From: a virus
Taxonomy: Duplodnaviria; Caudoviricetes
Length of the DNA: 24,455 nt
Strand: one strand, 5' to 3'
Virus record (IMG/VR): IMGVR_UViG_3300036909_000037
Span: 1 to 24,455 of that record
The position numbers and the translations under genes are program-made. The notes beneath the pieces were generated by a model. That model had not been told where the DNA came from. It was given only the letters and a program-made list of their open reading frames with translations, and ran no database searches. This document shows, one piece after another, positions 8,381 to 18,037 of the stretch (the stretch's first letter is position 1; every line of letters starts with the position of its first letter).

Positions 8381-10343
8381 TTATGTCCTCTAATTCTTCT
8401 AACTTTTCTAACTTCGATGAAATCACGACAGACAGTATTTCTATGTCGTCTGTCACTGCTACTGCAACTTTAAATGAGTTTATATCTATAATGTCTTCTA
8501 TACGTGGTTGATTAGTATAGGTCTTATTGTCCTCGAAGGTAATTTCTCCGTTGTTGAATTTAAGAACAGCCAAGTCAACGGCTCGACTAGAAGCTTCATG
8601 CCATGGATCTTTGGTTAGGTCATGAAGATCTTTTGCTATAGTTAACTCGTCTAAAAGTAGTTCATAGAATACCTCACTGTTACTTTTCGCCTTTGTTGCG
8701 GCTGGGTTTCTGCCATGCTGATTAGCTGGTCTAGCCCTGTTATTTGAGGTATTTGCAGCAGGATCTTTTGCTGAAGCTTTAGCAGATGCAGCAGCTTCAG
8801 CCAGCTTAATAGCATACTCATTAGCCATGTAACTATGAGTAGTTTTTACATCCTTTGGAGTCAAAGCTGGGCGTTGCATAGCATGTCTATACTCTTCCAA
8901 AGTCATAGAGTCATTCAGCCACTGTTGAATTAAATGGTTCTCTAGCTTCAATTTATTATCTATATCTATTTCTTTAAATCTAATATGGGTAGCTTGTAGA
9001 GCATTTTGAACGGATAAAGAATAGTTTGCTTCTTGGAACCACTCCTTGAAGAAATGCATTCTCATTAGATCGCAGAACTTTGTCAGATCAGATTTAATCT
9101 GATCCTTTAAATTCTGGGATACGTTATCTGCGGCTGACCTTGTAGCCCCTGTTTCCCCTACATCAAGACTTGATACTCCTAATCCAGATAGTACTCTTTG
9201 CTTCAGATGAGCTATTAACTCTTTAGTATCAAGAGCTTGGCCCTCGGCCCCCACAGACTTAACCGCTACTCTTTCGTCTGTAACGAATATACCTTCCTTA
9301 GGCATATTCTCAATAGCTGCCTTAATTAAATCTATTTCACTCTGCCCTTCAGAACCATACCAACATGGAGCTTCTTTACTTCCTACCTGTACATGAAACA
9401 GAGGAAACAAATAGTTTATAAATAATAACTCTATATTCTCTTCTAACCTTCTTAAAGCAAAGATGTCGTCTTTTACTCCTATAAGTCTTGGGGTACCGTA
9501 CCAATGGCCGGTTTTTACATCCCACTTTAAATGAATTATATCTTCAATAGGAATATCTTCGAATGGGGCTCCAGTTTCATAGTATCTTCTCCAGAAGATC
9601 TGTTGGCCAACCTCGAAGTAAGGCATGATTTGATGTGTAGGTATAAAAGCATATCCTGCTACAGGTATTCTATTCCTATTAGCTTTATTCTTTATTCCTG
9701 GGGAGGCCTTTGTATCCCTAATCTTGTATAAAAAACAATTAGAAGTAAGAAGCAGGTTGTATAGAATCTGCTCAAAGAAAGCCTGAATGGGCGTATCCAT
9801 AACATACTCTAAGGTTGCTAATCTCTTCTTTATATAAGCTACATTCTTCTGATTATTTTCAACATCACTAACTACATCCCAACCATTTCTAAACATAAGA
9901 GAAAGTCTACGAGTTATAGCCTGTCTAACATAGATCTCTGTATCATAAATGGCAAAGGCTTCAAGTAAATTATATTCTGGCTTAACTATACCAGTTACAC
10001 CTTTGTAAACACCTTGATAAGCAGCATTCTTCTCAAGCTGCTTTTTAATATTTGGCTCTGTAGTAGTAGATACATCCTTTACCTGTAGGGCATCTTCCTT
10101 TTTTGTTCTAGCTGAAATTGAGGCCACAGACTTTAGAACTGTTCTTGGTCCCAGTGTCTTTATATCTCCATTTAATCTAGACTTTATACCTACTACAGTC
10201 TTTGGATTATTTGTCCCATTCTTCGAGTTTAGTACTCTATCCATACGCATAACTAGATCATAGTCTTCCTCTGGATCATTGATCACAGGCTTAGTCGCTG
10301 GTTTTGTAGGTTTCTTAATTTGCTTTGCGGGTACTTTAGGCAC
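8271..10343 (-). CDS. Portal protein
   Basis: 690 aa between TerL and the protease; DIIHLK....GHWYGTP.L, LRRLEEN, LSGLGVS..DVGE, ID clip/crown and MTLEEYR patterns typical of portals; GTG start with AGGAG SD. Confidence 0.85.
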   Translation of the reverse strand: MPKVPAKQIKKPTKPATKPVINDPEEDYDLVMRMDRVLNSKNGTNNPKTVVGIKSRLNGDIKTLGPRTVLKSVASISARTKKEDALQVKDVSTTTEPNIKKQLEKNAAYQGVYKGVTGIVKPEYNLLEAFAIYDTEIYVRQAITRRLSLMFRNGWDVVSDVENNQKNVAYIKKRLATLEYVMDTPIQAFFEQILYNLLLTSNCFLYKIRDTKASPGIKNKANRNRIPVAGYAFIPTHQIMPYFEVGQQIFWRRYYETGAPFEDIPIEDIIHLKWDVKTGHWYGTPRLIGVKDDIFALRRLEENIELLFINYLFPLFHVQVGSKEAPCWYGSEGQSEIDLIKAAIENMPKEGIFVTDERVAVKSVGAEGQALDTKELIAHLKQRVLSGLGVSSLDVGETGATRSAADNVSQNLKDQIKSDLTKFCDLMRMHFFKEWFQEANYSLSVQNALQATHIRFKEIDIDNKLKLENHLIQQWLNDSMTLEEYRHAMQRPALTPKDVKTTHSYMANEYAIKLAEAAASAKASAKDPAANTSNNRARPANQHGRNPAATKAKSNSEVFYELLLDELTIAKDLHDLTKDPWHEASSRAVDLAVLKFNNGEITFEDNKTYTNQPRIEDIIDINSFKVAVAVTDDIEILSVVISSKLEKLEELEDINGTTTPNNQYSNEHQEDTAGRSDPEPGTGKDFLFED

Positions 10344-10353
10344 TTTATAACTC

Positions 10354-11943
10354 CTAGCCTGCTATTGGAGGAACTCCCAATTGAGTCAATCCACCAGTTG
10401 CTAATACTGATTGAACATTGGTACTTGGGGGAGGAACCCCCAAAATAGAGGTTGTTATTGAACCAGCTGTTGATACAAAACTAGTCATATTAGAACTTAG
10501 ATTTACTGTCTGTGTAATACTAGATATTGTATTTAGCGGGTTTCCTGAAGGATTTGATGTGTTCATATTTGCTAGAGACGTTGCTATAGTAACTAGCTGC
10601 TCTGCCGATCTTAAGCTACATAATAGATTAGTATGAGATGTTGTGTTCTCTAAGCTTCTCCCAAGCACCTTTTTGAAGTTTTCTAGAACTTTATTCATCT
10701 TAGAAGTTATCTTTATTTGTAACCAGGCTATGGAAGAGGCGATTTCTTTTATACCACTACTCATAGCATTGAGCTCTTTGGCTGCTCCTCCGGAAGCTTT
10801 TCCAGACCCTAATCCAGTATTTCCTAACAAATTAGCGCTGGAGTTTCCCATAGATAGAGGAGCTTGTGGATTACTGGTACAACAAGAGTTAGCTTTGCTT
10901 AGCCCACCCAATACTGATCCAGATGCAACAGATCCAATAGCAGCATTTGCTTTATTAAATGTGGACATTATTTGTCCAAGACTCCCAGTAATATTTTTAA
11001 GTGGAGTCAAAGCTATTTGAGTCAGTTTATCTGCAGTAAATACTATTAAACTAGCATCAGCTACAAGTCTGAGATATACATAATTACATAAGTCTTTATA
11101 TAAATCTTTAAATACATCCTTGTATATTAGGCCTTTGGCTCCATTTACTAAAGCTACTACCCTTACTAAATCTCCTAGTGGCTGTAAAACTAAAGTGTTA
11201 ACTACATTAGTAACATCGTCGGCTATGACACCAACTGTAGCCGAAACTTTATATACTCCAGCGTAGGCCCCAGAGAAATCATTTACTACCCCATTTAGTG
11301 TATCAGATAATCCAGTACTCATATCTATATTGGACATAACTATAGGAGCACTACTATTTGGGGTTGGGGCGGCTTGTTGTATTGGGTATGTATGTAGGTT
11401 AGTAGCCATGGAAGTAAACATAGCTGCTTGTGTCTTTAGACTACCTAATAATAGAGGAAGTTGGGAACTATAGGTAACGCTATCTGACAGGGAATTTTCT
11501 ACCGCAGTTATGGTCGTAGATAAAGCACTTGCTTGTACTTGATTTATCTGTGAAGTTGAATCTGTTCCTAGCGCAGCCTGTGTCAACTGAAGATTAATAT
11601 TAGTATCTAATAAGTTACTATACATAGCTATAGATATAGCCGGCGGAACATTCCCGTATAAAGTATTTAATGCTTGTGCTAAACCTGGGTCTCTGTCTGG
11701 ATTTATCGAAATAGATATGTTTCCCGACACTAATTTAATTATATTTTGTAGATAAGCACTAGTTTCTGCTAAATTATTAAATTTGGTTATTAAAGCACTT
11801 GATAAACTATTTTCTTTAGTAACTGAAGATGTAGAACTATATATAGTAGTAGGTCCAGTTACAGACGAGGCTGGATGAACAGGTATATCACTACTTACTG
11901 TTGGGGGAGGATTATATATAAATGTAAATGGGTTAAAATTCAC
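10354..11943 (-). CDS. Hypothetical Ser/Thr/Asn-rich protein, probably virion-associated
   Basis: 529-aa ORF with GTG start; few charged residues and long amphipathic helices; lies between TerL and portal. Confidence 0.6.
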   Translation of the reverse strand: MNFNPFTFIYNPPPTVSSDIPVHPASSVTGPTTIYSSTSSVTKENSLSSALITKFNNLAETSAYLQNIIKLVSGNISISINPDRDPGLAQALNTLYGNVPPAISIAMYSNLLDTNINLQLTQAALGTDSTSQINQVQASALSTTITAVENSLSDSVTYSSQLPLLLGSLKTQAAMFTSMATNLHTYPIQQAAPTPNSSAPIVMSNIDMSTGLSDTLNGVVNDFSGAYAGVYKVSATVGVIADDVTNVVNTLVLQPLGDLVRVVALVNGAKGLIYKDVFKDLYKDLCNYVYLRLVADASLIVFTADKLTQIALTPLKNITGSLGQIMSTFNKANAAIGSVASGSVLGGLSKANSCCTSNPQAPLSMGNSSANLLGNTGLGSGKASGGAAKELNAMSSGIKEIASSIAWLQIKITSKMNKVLENFKKVLGRSLENTTSHTNLLCSLRSAEQLVTIATSLANMNTSNPSGNPLNTISSITQTVNLSSNMTSFVSTAGSITTSILGVPPPSTNVQSVLATGGLTQLGVPPIAG

Positions 11944-11951
11944 TAGTCATC

Positions 11952-12350
11952 CTATCCAACTGCTTCTGAAATATCATTACTATCGTCTACAGAGGATACT
12001 GAAAATACTTTACCAAATCCAGGAAGCTGAGCAAATAAATCTCCTACTTGACCAAGATTAGGATCTATATACATTTCCTTTTGTATATTAGAGTTCAATG
12101 GAACTATGGCTTGTATTGTAGACCACGGCCCGGCTAAGTAGATTGGATTTGCAGCAGAGTACATAGACATTTGAGTATAGAAGTCTTGAAGCCCATGAAA
12201 GTCCTTACATATATATGGTAGCATAGCATTATAAGCTAATTGCTGCTGAAATGCCCATTGCTGTGTTTTAGACATAATAGTAATATTTAATGGTATGTCA
12301 TAAGAAGCAAGATAAGTAACGGCCGCCAAATCTGTGTTTACATTCCCCAT
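11952..12350 (-). CDS. Hypothetical protein
   Basis: 132-aa ORF whose start overlaps the TerL 3' end; no recognised motif. Confidence 0.6.
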   Translation of the reverse strand: MGNVNTDLAAVTYLASYDIPLNITIMSKTQQWAFQQQLAYNAMLPYICKDFHGLQDFYTQMSMYSAANPIYLAGPWSTIQAIVPLNSNIQKEMYIDPNLGQVGDLFAQLPGFGKVFSVSSVDDSNDISEAVG

Positions 12351-14368
12351 CTCTTCCCTCTTGGTTTATCACTCTTAAATATAGATGTTCTAGAATATGA
12401 AGGAACATTAGCTCTTGGATTAGCGGCGATAGTTGCCCCGCCTCTGGTTAGGTATAGGATCCTATATTCATCCTGAGCTTCTGATTTAGGCATTCTTCTA
12501 GCTATACCAGATGCTACTTTCTTCTCTTCTAATACCTCAGGAGCAGATTTTGGAGTTGCGCTGGGAGTTAAAGCAACACCCCACGATCCGGCATGAGAAA
12601 TAGTAGCAAGGTGCCTTCTATAAGAATCTGGAGTGGCATATAGTCCATGCGTCATTTCTACAGCTAAGAGGGCTAACATGAAAGCATCGAGATCATGATC
12701 TCCTACTCCGCCCTCTGTGGTGTAAGTATTAGCAAATCCATCCTGTGAGTAATTCTTTACTCTATATCCTCTTAATTGAGAATCTAGGACTGTATCATCA
12801 TCTGAGAATTTAATAGTCTGAAGCTCGAAGCGCATGACTGTACCTTCTACCATAAAAGGTTTGGTACGTCTTTTTACTTCTTCTTTTTCTATATATCTAC
12901 TGCCTGATTTAGCTCTAGAAGATATTATATTGTTAAATTCTAGATTGGCCCCGAAATCTATACTTACAACATTGACTAGTCTTTTGGTATCTGGGTCATT
13001 TGAATTCAGCCCTATAAGTTTAAGATCATCTAACTGAGTTGCCCCATATCCATGATCTATAAAGACTTTAGTACAATGCCATAGGGAGTTATATCTTACT
13101 ACCGCATTTATAGAATCTTGGTTAGTAAATCCTTTAAAATCTACAGTATGCTTGGCTACACAACGAGTTATCTTAGTAACTGGATCATATTCTACAACTC
13201 TAATGCGAGTACCTGTTCCTTCTCCATTCCAGTCTATCCCCATAAAGTATTCTTTGGAGCCATCGTAAACACAAGTAGCATAACCTCTTAATTTTTCTCT
13301 AAAAGGATCTGAGTATCTAACTTTGGCTTGATCTATGAAAATATTCTTGAATACACCCTGGGATGGATCTCCAAACTCAGCTAAGTACTCATGTCGATAT
13401 CTATCTTCAGTAAGAGCTTCTGTCCGACAGTTTACTTCCATTTCATCATCCCAATCTGGATGAACAGAAATTGGATAATAGAATTCTCTGTACCTATCAT
13501 CCTGGGTGCACATGTGCCAGAACTTAGATCTATCTCCAGTTGGAGTAGAGGATCCATGGAATTCTGAATTCTTATAACGTGTAAGAAGGGGTGATATGGC
13601 CCCCCAATCTTCTTCCACAAGATAGTCTTGCTCGTCTATCCTAACCCTTCTGGGAGATTGACTTCTTATAGAGGAGGCTTTTCTGCCGGAGGAAGAACCA
13701 GCAGTGAATACTCTTATTTCTGCCTCATTCTTAAATACTATTTTTCTGAATGGGTTTTGCTTCTTGTCAGCTATAGATCCTTGCAAACCTGTAGAAGTAT
13801 CAATAAGTTCTATAATTCCGTTATACCAACCATCTGATTGGGAGTCTGCTGGACAGATAATTAAATCATCATAATTCTTTGTGGTAAAGACTTTATGTAT
13901 TTCTTCTATCTTGGCAATTGTGGTTTTTCCCAAACCACGTCCTAGTCTGTCTACCTTTAAATTAGCAGTACACTTTAGAATTGTTTCTTGATATGGTCTA
14001 GCTACAAATGGGGCGAACTCTCCATTATCGTCCTTGGTATTTATATATTTATTGGCCCAATAAGCTATATCAAATACTTCTCTTATATCATTCCCATTTG
14101 GATCTTCTATAGGGAGTGGGTCTTCATCTGGAACGGCAGCTTTCATATTCTGCTGCGTGCGTAGATAATCATCCTCTCCGTACACACCATTACACTTAAT
14201 ATTAAATGGCTTTCCTGGATATTTAAGCTTATATTGAGCATGACAATCCTGACAAATAGGATTATCCATCCTATCTAATAGATAAGGATCTATAACACTA
14301 CCGTCAGGATTAGTATTTCTCTTATTTACTTTGGCTAAGAAAGCATCTAGGCTGATGTCTACTGTCAT
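12338..14368 (-). CDS. terL: Terminase large subunit
   Basis: Q motif RPYQ, Walker A GRGLGKT, Walker B VRIDEQD, coupling motif SSTPTG, EYLAEF, RNase H-like nuclease GIDW and DHDLDAF; no intein seen. Confidence 0.95.
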   Translation of the reverse strand: MTVDISLDAFLAKVNKRNTNPDGSVIDPYLLDRMDNPICQDCHAQYKLKYPGKPFNIKCNGVYGEDDYLRTQQNMKAAVPDEDPLPIEDPNGNDIREVFDIAYWANKYINTKDDNGEFAPFVARPYQETILKCTANLKVDRLGRGLGKTTIAKIEEIHKVFTTKNYDDLIICPADSQSDGWYNGIIELIDTSTGLQGSIADKKQNPFRKIVFKNEAEIRVFTAGSSSGRKASSIRSQSPRRVRIDEQDYLVEEDWGAISPLLTRYKNSEFHGSSTPTGDRSKFWHMCTQDDRYREFYYPISVHPDWDDEMEVNCRTEALTEDRYRHEYLAEFGDPSQGVFKNIFIDQAKVRYSDPFREKLRGYATCVYDGSKEYFMGIDWNGEGTGTRIRVVEYDPVTKITRCVAKHTVDFKGFTNQDSINAVVRYNSLWHCTKVFIDHGYGATQLDDLKLIGLNSNDPDTKRLVNVVSIDFGANLEFNNIISSRAKSGSRYIEKEEVKRRTKPFMVEGTVMRFELQTIKFSDDDTVLDSQLRGYRVKNYSQDGFANTYTTEGGVGDHDLDAFMLALLAVEMTHGLYATPDSYRRHLATISHAGSWGVALTPSATPKSAPEVLEEKKVASGIARRMPKSEAQDEYRILYLTRGGATIAANPRANVPSYSRTSIFKSDKPRGKRWGM

Positions 14369-14371
14369 TAA

Positions 14372-14767
14372 TTATTCCCCGCCAAACCACCGTTTACCAA
14401 GACGCGCTGCTGCTTGCCCTCTACGTGACATACGACCCGCTAAATAACTCTTGCTTTCTTTGAGACCTGCTACTATATTGGCTACGGATCCACGGTCAGC
14501 GTGGAACATGTCATCTACTATCGTCCTCGACACTCCAGTTATAGAGGCTCCCTTAACCCAAGCTCCTATGGCACTTCTACCAATGAAAGCTCCTCCGATT
14601 GCTCCTTTTAATCCACCAGAAATTCTATGATCCTCTCCACCAGCAACAGCGCCTATTCCAGCACCAGCCAATGAACCAGCGATTACTCTTCCCTTTCTTT
14701 GCATGGTATGTTTACCATAATTGGACAGAAATGTACCTATTTTTGCTATTGGCTTATTGAAATTCAT
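14372..14767 (-). CDS. Glycine-zipper membrane-type protein
   Basis: AGSLAGAGIGAVAGGEDHRISGGLKGAIGGAFIG; basic flanking regions. Confidence 0.6.
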   Translation of the reverse strand: MNFNKPIAKIGTFLSNYGKHTMQRKGRVIAGSLAGAGIGAVAGGEDHRISGGLKGAIGGAFIGRSAIGAWVKGASITGVSRTIVDDMFHADRGSVANIVAGLKESKSYLAGRMSRRGQAAARLGKRWFGGE

Positions 14768-14781
14768 ATCTATTACCTTCT

Positions 14782-15207
14782 TTACCCATTTACTTCATAT
14801 GCTATGCTGAAGTTAGATGTATTAGGATTAACTACATTAGACGCTCCTAATTTAAATGCGCCACCTTGAAGATCTACTCCTTCAAAGCCACCCATAAAGA
14901 TAGACTGACCATTTGGGTTATATGTACTAGCTCCAGTAAAGGTATAGACCTTTGTAGCTGTACTTCCATTCCAAGTATATAGATCTATATCAAAGCTTAC
15001 AGCTGGATCTGTTATAGTCGGAATAATAGACAGAAATCTTGCTCCTGGGGTTTGGGGGATTGATACAGTGGCCGCAGTTATATTAGTTAAGGCTGGGATT
15101 TTAAATCCTCCTGACTCTCTACTTAAATCAGATATGTTAAAAGTAGGCCGGATCCCATACATAGGGTGCGGACTAGCAAGTGTTCTATTAATATTATTAG
15201 TTCCCAT
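14782..15207 (-). CDS. Hypothetical beta-rich protein, possibly virion accessory
   Basis: 141 aa with alternating beta-strand pattern (FDIDLYTW, FSIAYEV); AAGGA SD. Confidence 0.55.
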   Translation of the reverse strand: MGTNNINRTLASPHPMYGIRPTFNISDLSRESGGFKIPALTNITAATVSIPQTPGARFLSIIPTITDPAVSFDIDLYTWNGSTATKVYTFTGASTYNPNGQSIFMGGFEGVDLQGGAFKLGASNVVNPNTSNFSIAYEVNG

Positions 15208-15225
15208 TTATCCTTCCTTATCACC

Positions 15226-15732
15226 TTATCTATGAAGCATCTCCGCTTCCCTTCCAATAAATCTACGCCTGCTTCCCATTGCACCGCTCATATCCTGTAG
15301 TGCTGTCTGTCTTTGAAGCTGTGCTCCCGGAGTATCTGTATAACCTAACTGTAATCTTCTTGTATTCTTATCTATATCTCTAAACTGTCTGAATCCTCTA
15401 TTAAGTCTTGTATCTATGAATCCTATAACAGGGCTAGCTATATAGCTAGCTACTATTGCTATTCCCATGCCAGCTCCTATCCCTGGAAGTAAAAATGATA
15501 TTCCTAGGTATGTTATAGCTGTAAGAGCGGGGCAAACAACTAATTCAGTTACCCCAGCCGAAATTGCATCTGCTCCTTTATAACCTCTAGGAGCAGTAGC
15601 TGCAGCATAACCCACAAAAGGAAGAGACAATAAAGTCCCATCTATTCCTACTGCTTTAGCATTTCCTAATCGCTTCCATACTGTAGGTCTGGCAGAGGTT
15701 AAGTTATTGAGATAATTCGTCGGATTAACCAT
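15226..15732 (-). CDS. Predicted membrane protein with glycine-rich helices
   Basis: Hydrophobic segments LLSLPFVGYAAA and ALTAITYLGISFLLPGIGAGMGIAIVASYIASPVIG; basic C-terminal tail. Confidence 0.65.
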   Translation of the reverse strand: MVNPTNYLNNLTSARPTVWKRLGNAKAVGIDGTLLSLPFVGYAAATAPRGYKGADAISAGVTELVVCPALTAITYLGISFLLPGIGAGMGIAIVASYIASPVIGFIDTRLNRGFRQFRDIDKNTRRLQLGYTDTPGAQLQRQTALQDMSGAMGSRRRFIGREAEMLHR

Positions 15733-16201
15733 GTCTTAGATTATGTAGTCCTAGTACTAAATCTCCCCCAGCGTTCATTGTGGCTACTCTATCTGTAAGA
15801 GAGTATCTATAGTTATCATATGATACTTCTGAGTTGTCTGTGTTGCCTGTAGGGCTTGGCTGTGCTACTCCGGCCCGCTCTAATTCTGCTGGTTTTGAAT
15901 ACATTCCATAAGCTGCAGAACCTGTTACAGCTGCTCCTACTCCTAGTATACCCTTTCCTGGTATTGCTTTCCACGCTTTTCCTGCTGGACCATTTATATT
16001 CTGTACGAATCTTGGGGCAGAAGCAGCTACCATTCCTACTCCAGCTCCTATTAAAGCACCTTTTCCTCTATTGTCTGGGTCGGCGTAGGCACCTATCCCC
16101 GCTCCTCCGGCCATAGCTAAAGCATGTACCATTAATGCGTGGCCCCTTCCTGCTGTAGCTAAGGATTCTACTCCCTTTAATATTTCATTACTTATAGGCA
16201 T
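15725..16201 (-). CDS. Glycine-zipper membrane-type protein
   Basis: AMAGGAGIGAYADPDNRGKGALIGAGVGMVA plus GILGVGAAVTGSAAYG. Confidence 0.6.
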   Translation of the reverse strand: MPISNEILKGVESLATAGRGHALMVHALAMAGGAGIGAYADPDNRGKGALIGAGVGMVAASAPRFVQNINGPAGKAWKAIPGKGILGVGAAVTGSAAYGMYSKPAELERAGVAQPSPTGNTDNSEVSYDNYRYSLTDRVATMNAGGDLVLGLHNLRHG

Positions 16202-16204
16202 TGG

Positions 16205-16813
16205 TTATCTTGTCCAAGCTAACGGCCCTGGTTGACTATGTCTAGATATCATATCCGAGACGTTTTGTGGTACAAACCCCGATCCAGGTGCTGGCAACCC
16301 CAAGGGTATTCGATTTTGTAATCCAGCATGTAGAGCTTCTATTCCTCTGCCAGATCTTCTACCAGCCATACCACCTCTGATAGTTCCTAGTCCACCCTGT
16401 CCGTAATAACCACCCCTTAAAGAACGGCCAGCTCCAGCTGCTAATCCAAGCCCTGCTCCATAGATACCGCCTCTCATAGCACCCCTAACCGGATCATCAT
16501 GATTCATATAGGCGCTTCCTGCTCCAAGTCCTGCTCCAATAGCAGCACCCCCAGCAGCATGATATCCTAAGGAACTTCCACTAAATGCAGTGGCACCCCA
16601 AGTACGTTTAGCTGTAGATGCAGCATCTCTACCTATAGCAGATGCTTCGTTTATAATTTCTTTGGATTTGGCTATTACATTATGGGAAACTGCCATAGCA
16701 GCTTGACCACCACGAATAACTCTTTCGTCCTCTAAAACATACGCATGCAGAGCTTTATTAGCAAGTGCTAAAGCTCCCTTTCCCTCATTAACTGGTTTTG
16801 TATACCACGCCAT
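16205..16813 (-). CDS. Glycine-zipper membrane-type protein
   Basis: AAGGAAIGAGLGAGSAYMNHDDPVRGAMRGGIYGAGLGLAAGAG; RGG-rich tail; GAGG SD. Confidence 0.6.
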   Translation of the reverse strand: MAWYTKPVNEGKGALALANKALHAYVLEDERVIRGGQAAMAVSHNVIAKSKEIINEASAIGRDAASTAKRTWGATAFSGSSLGYHAAGGAAIGAGLGAGSAYMNHDDPVRGAMRGGIYGAGLGLAAGAGRSLRGGYYGQGGLGTIRGGMAGRRSGRGIEALHAGLQNRIPLGLPAPGSGFVPQNVSDMISRHSQPGPLAWTR

Positions 16814-16841
16814 AATAATCCTCTAAGTCTTTATAGTATAC

Positions 16842-17843
16842 CTAAAGTGCCTTGGTCATGAGTCTACAGCCTTTAGCAAATTTAGATACCCAACCTACTC
16901 TTTTAAGGTTTGAATCTCCTAAAGCCATTATCTTTTCTTCTAACTTGACTTTAACAGTGTGATGAGTAACTAATCCTTCTATCCTAGCTTTTTCCAAAAA
17001 GGTTTCATCATATTGATGTGCATAAGCCAACTTTTCACTCTGCAAATGAAGCTTGTATTCGTCTTTCTTAGGACTTACAAGTTGGGAATAGCTCATACCT
17101 ATAAGGGATTTAGCACTAGCTCTATTTACATATTTTTCAAATAATTCGGGATTCGTCTCACTAAGCTTGGTTAGTTTTTTTGCTCTACGTAGAAATTGCC
17201 TATCATCATATCCAGGCCGTCCCCATACTCCGCTCTCTATATGACCTGTTCTTCTCGAGAGAAGAGCCTTGTATTCTTCACTACTTTCCTTTAGTGAGTT
17301 ATCCCCCCCTCCCGGCATAAAAGATTTTTCCATCACTTTATAAAGAGGTTCCTTAGGAGTATGTTCTATCCAAAAACTATGGTCTTTGTTTGCATAATGA
17401 GTATTGTGTATGCGTTCATGATTTATAACGATTTTTTGTTTATCCAGTGGTAGACTCTGATCAACGAAAATTGCCGGCATTCCTGTTTCTGATTCCCAGG
17501 TTCTACTAATTTTAGCAAATCTTTTGGCATTACCCCTGTCAAACGGTATGCTTGCAAGAGTCGTCCTGTAATCTTGAATACTCTTTTCTGGAACTCCTAT
17601 TCCTACCATTGCCTTAGTGACTCTTTTTTGGGAATAAGGAGATAATTTATCCCAGCCCCCAACACCTTCAACCTGTGTCATTAATTCTAAGCCATGAAGT
17701 AATCTATTTGCGTTAGAAACCCCTTCCCCACCAATAACATGTTTCATTACCTCACTATAAGGGAATATTCCTTCTGATAGGGCTGCCGCTTTAAGAAGCT
17801 CGGCGCTCTTTATAGAAGGCTTATAAAATTGGAAGTTTTCCAT
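16842..17843 (-). CDS. Putative zincin-like metallopeptidase-domain protein
   Basis: AIFVD...KIVINHERIH (HExxH preceded by a beta strand and helix) and a downstream SEKLAY (E-x-x-A third-ligand-like motif). Confidence 0.5.
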   Translation of the reverse strand: MENFQFYKPSIKSAELLKAAALSEGIFPYSEVMKHVIGGEGVSNANRLLHGLELMTQVEGVGGWDKLSPYSQKRVTKAMVGIGVPEKSIQDYRTTLASIPFDRGNAKRFAKISRTWESETGMPAIFVDQSLPLDKQKIVINHERIHNTHYANKDHSFWIEHTPKEPLYKVMEKSFMPGGGDNSLKESSEEYKALLSRRTGHIESGVWGRPGYDDRQFLRRAKKLTKLSETNPELFEKYVNRASAKSLIGMSYSQLVSPKKDEYKLHLQSEKLAYAHQYDETFLEKARIEGLVTHHTVKVKLEEKIMALGDSNLKRVGWVSKFAKGCRLMTKAL

Positions 17844-17845
17844 TG

Positions 17846-18037
17846 TTATATTTTGGGAATATTAAATTTGCCATATAGATGTTCTACCTTAGGTTTTCTG
17901 GCCGGATCTTTTCCAAAAGACATAGTAGATACAGGACCCTTATATGGATTAAGGTGTCCTGCCTTACTTAGTTTGAACACACGTTGATTAGCCTTGGCAT
18001 TCTTAGCTTGATTAGCTGCGTTTGAACTTTTAGCCAT
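17846..18037 (-). CDS. Small basic hypothetical protein
   Basis: 63 aa, Lys/Ala/Asn-rich; overlaps the upstream stop and ends 2 nt before the next start. Confidence 0.55.
   Translation of the reverse strand: MAKSSNAANQAKNAKANQRVFKLSKAGHLNPYKGPVSTMSFGKDPARKPKVEHLYGKFNIPKI

Noticed and set aside
13432-13620. 62-aa minus-strand ORF inside terL
   Set aside because: Alternative frame within the conserved ATPase domain; no supporting evidence.
12338-14368. Intein or intron in terL, portal or MCP
   Set aside because: Motif spacing is continuous; no C...HN splice motifs, LAGLIDADG blocks or frame breaks seen.
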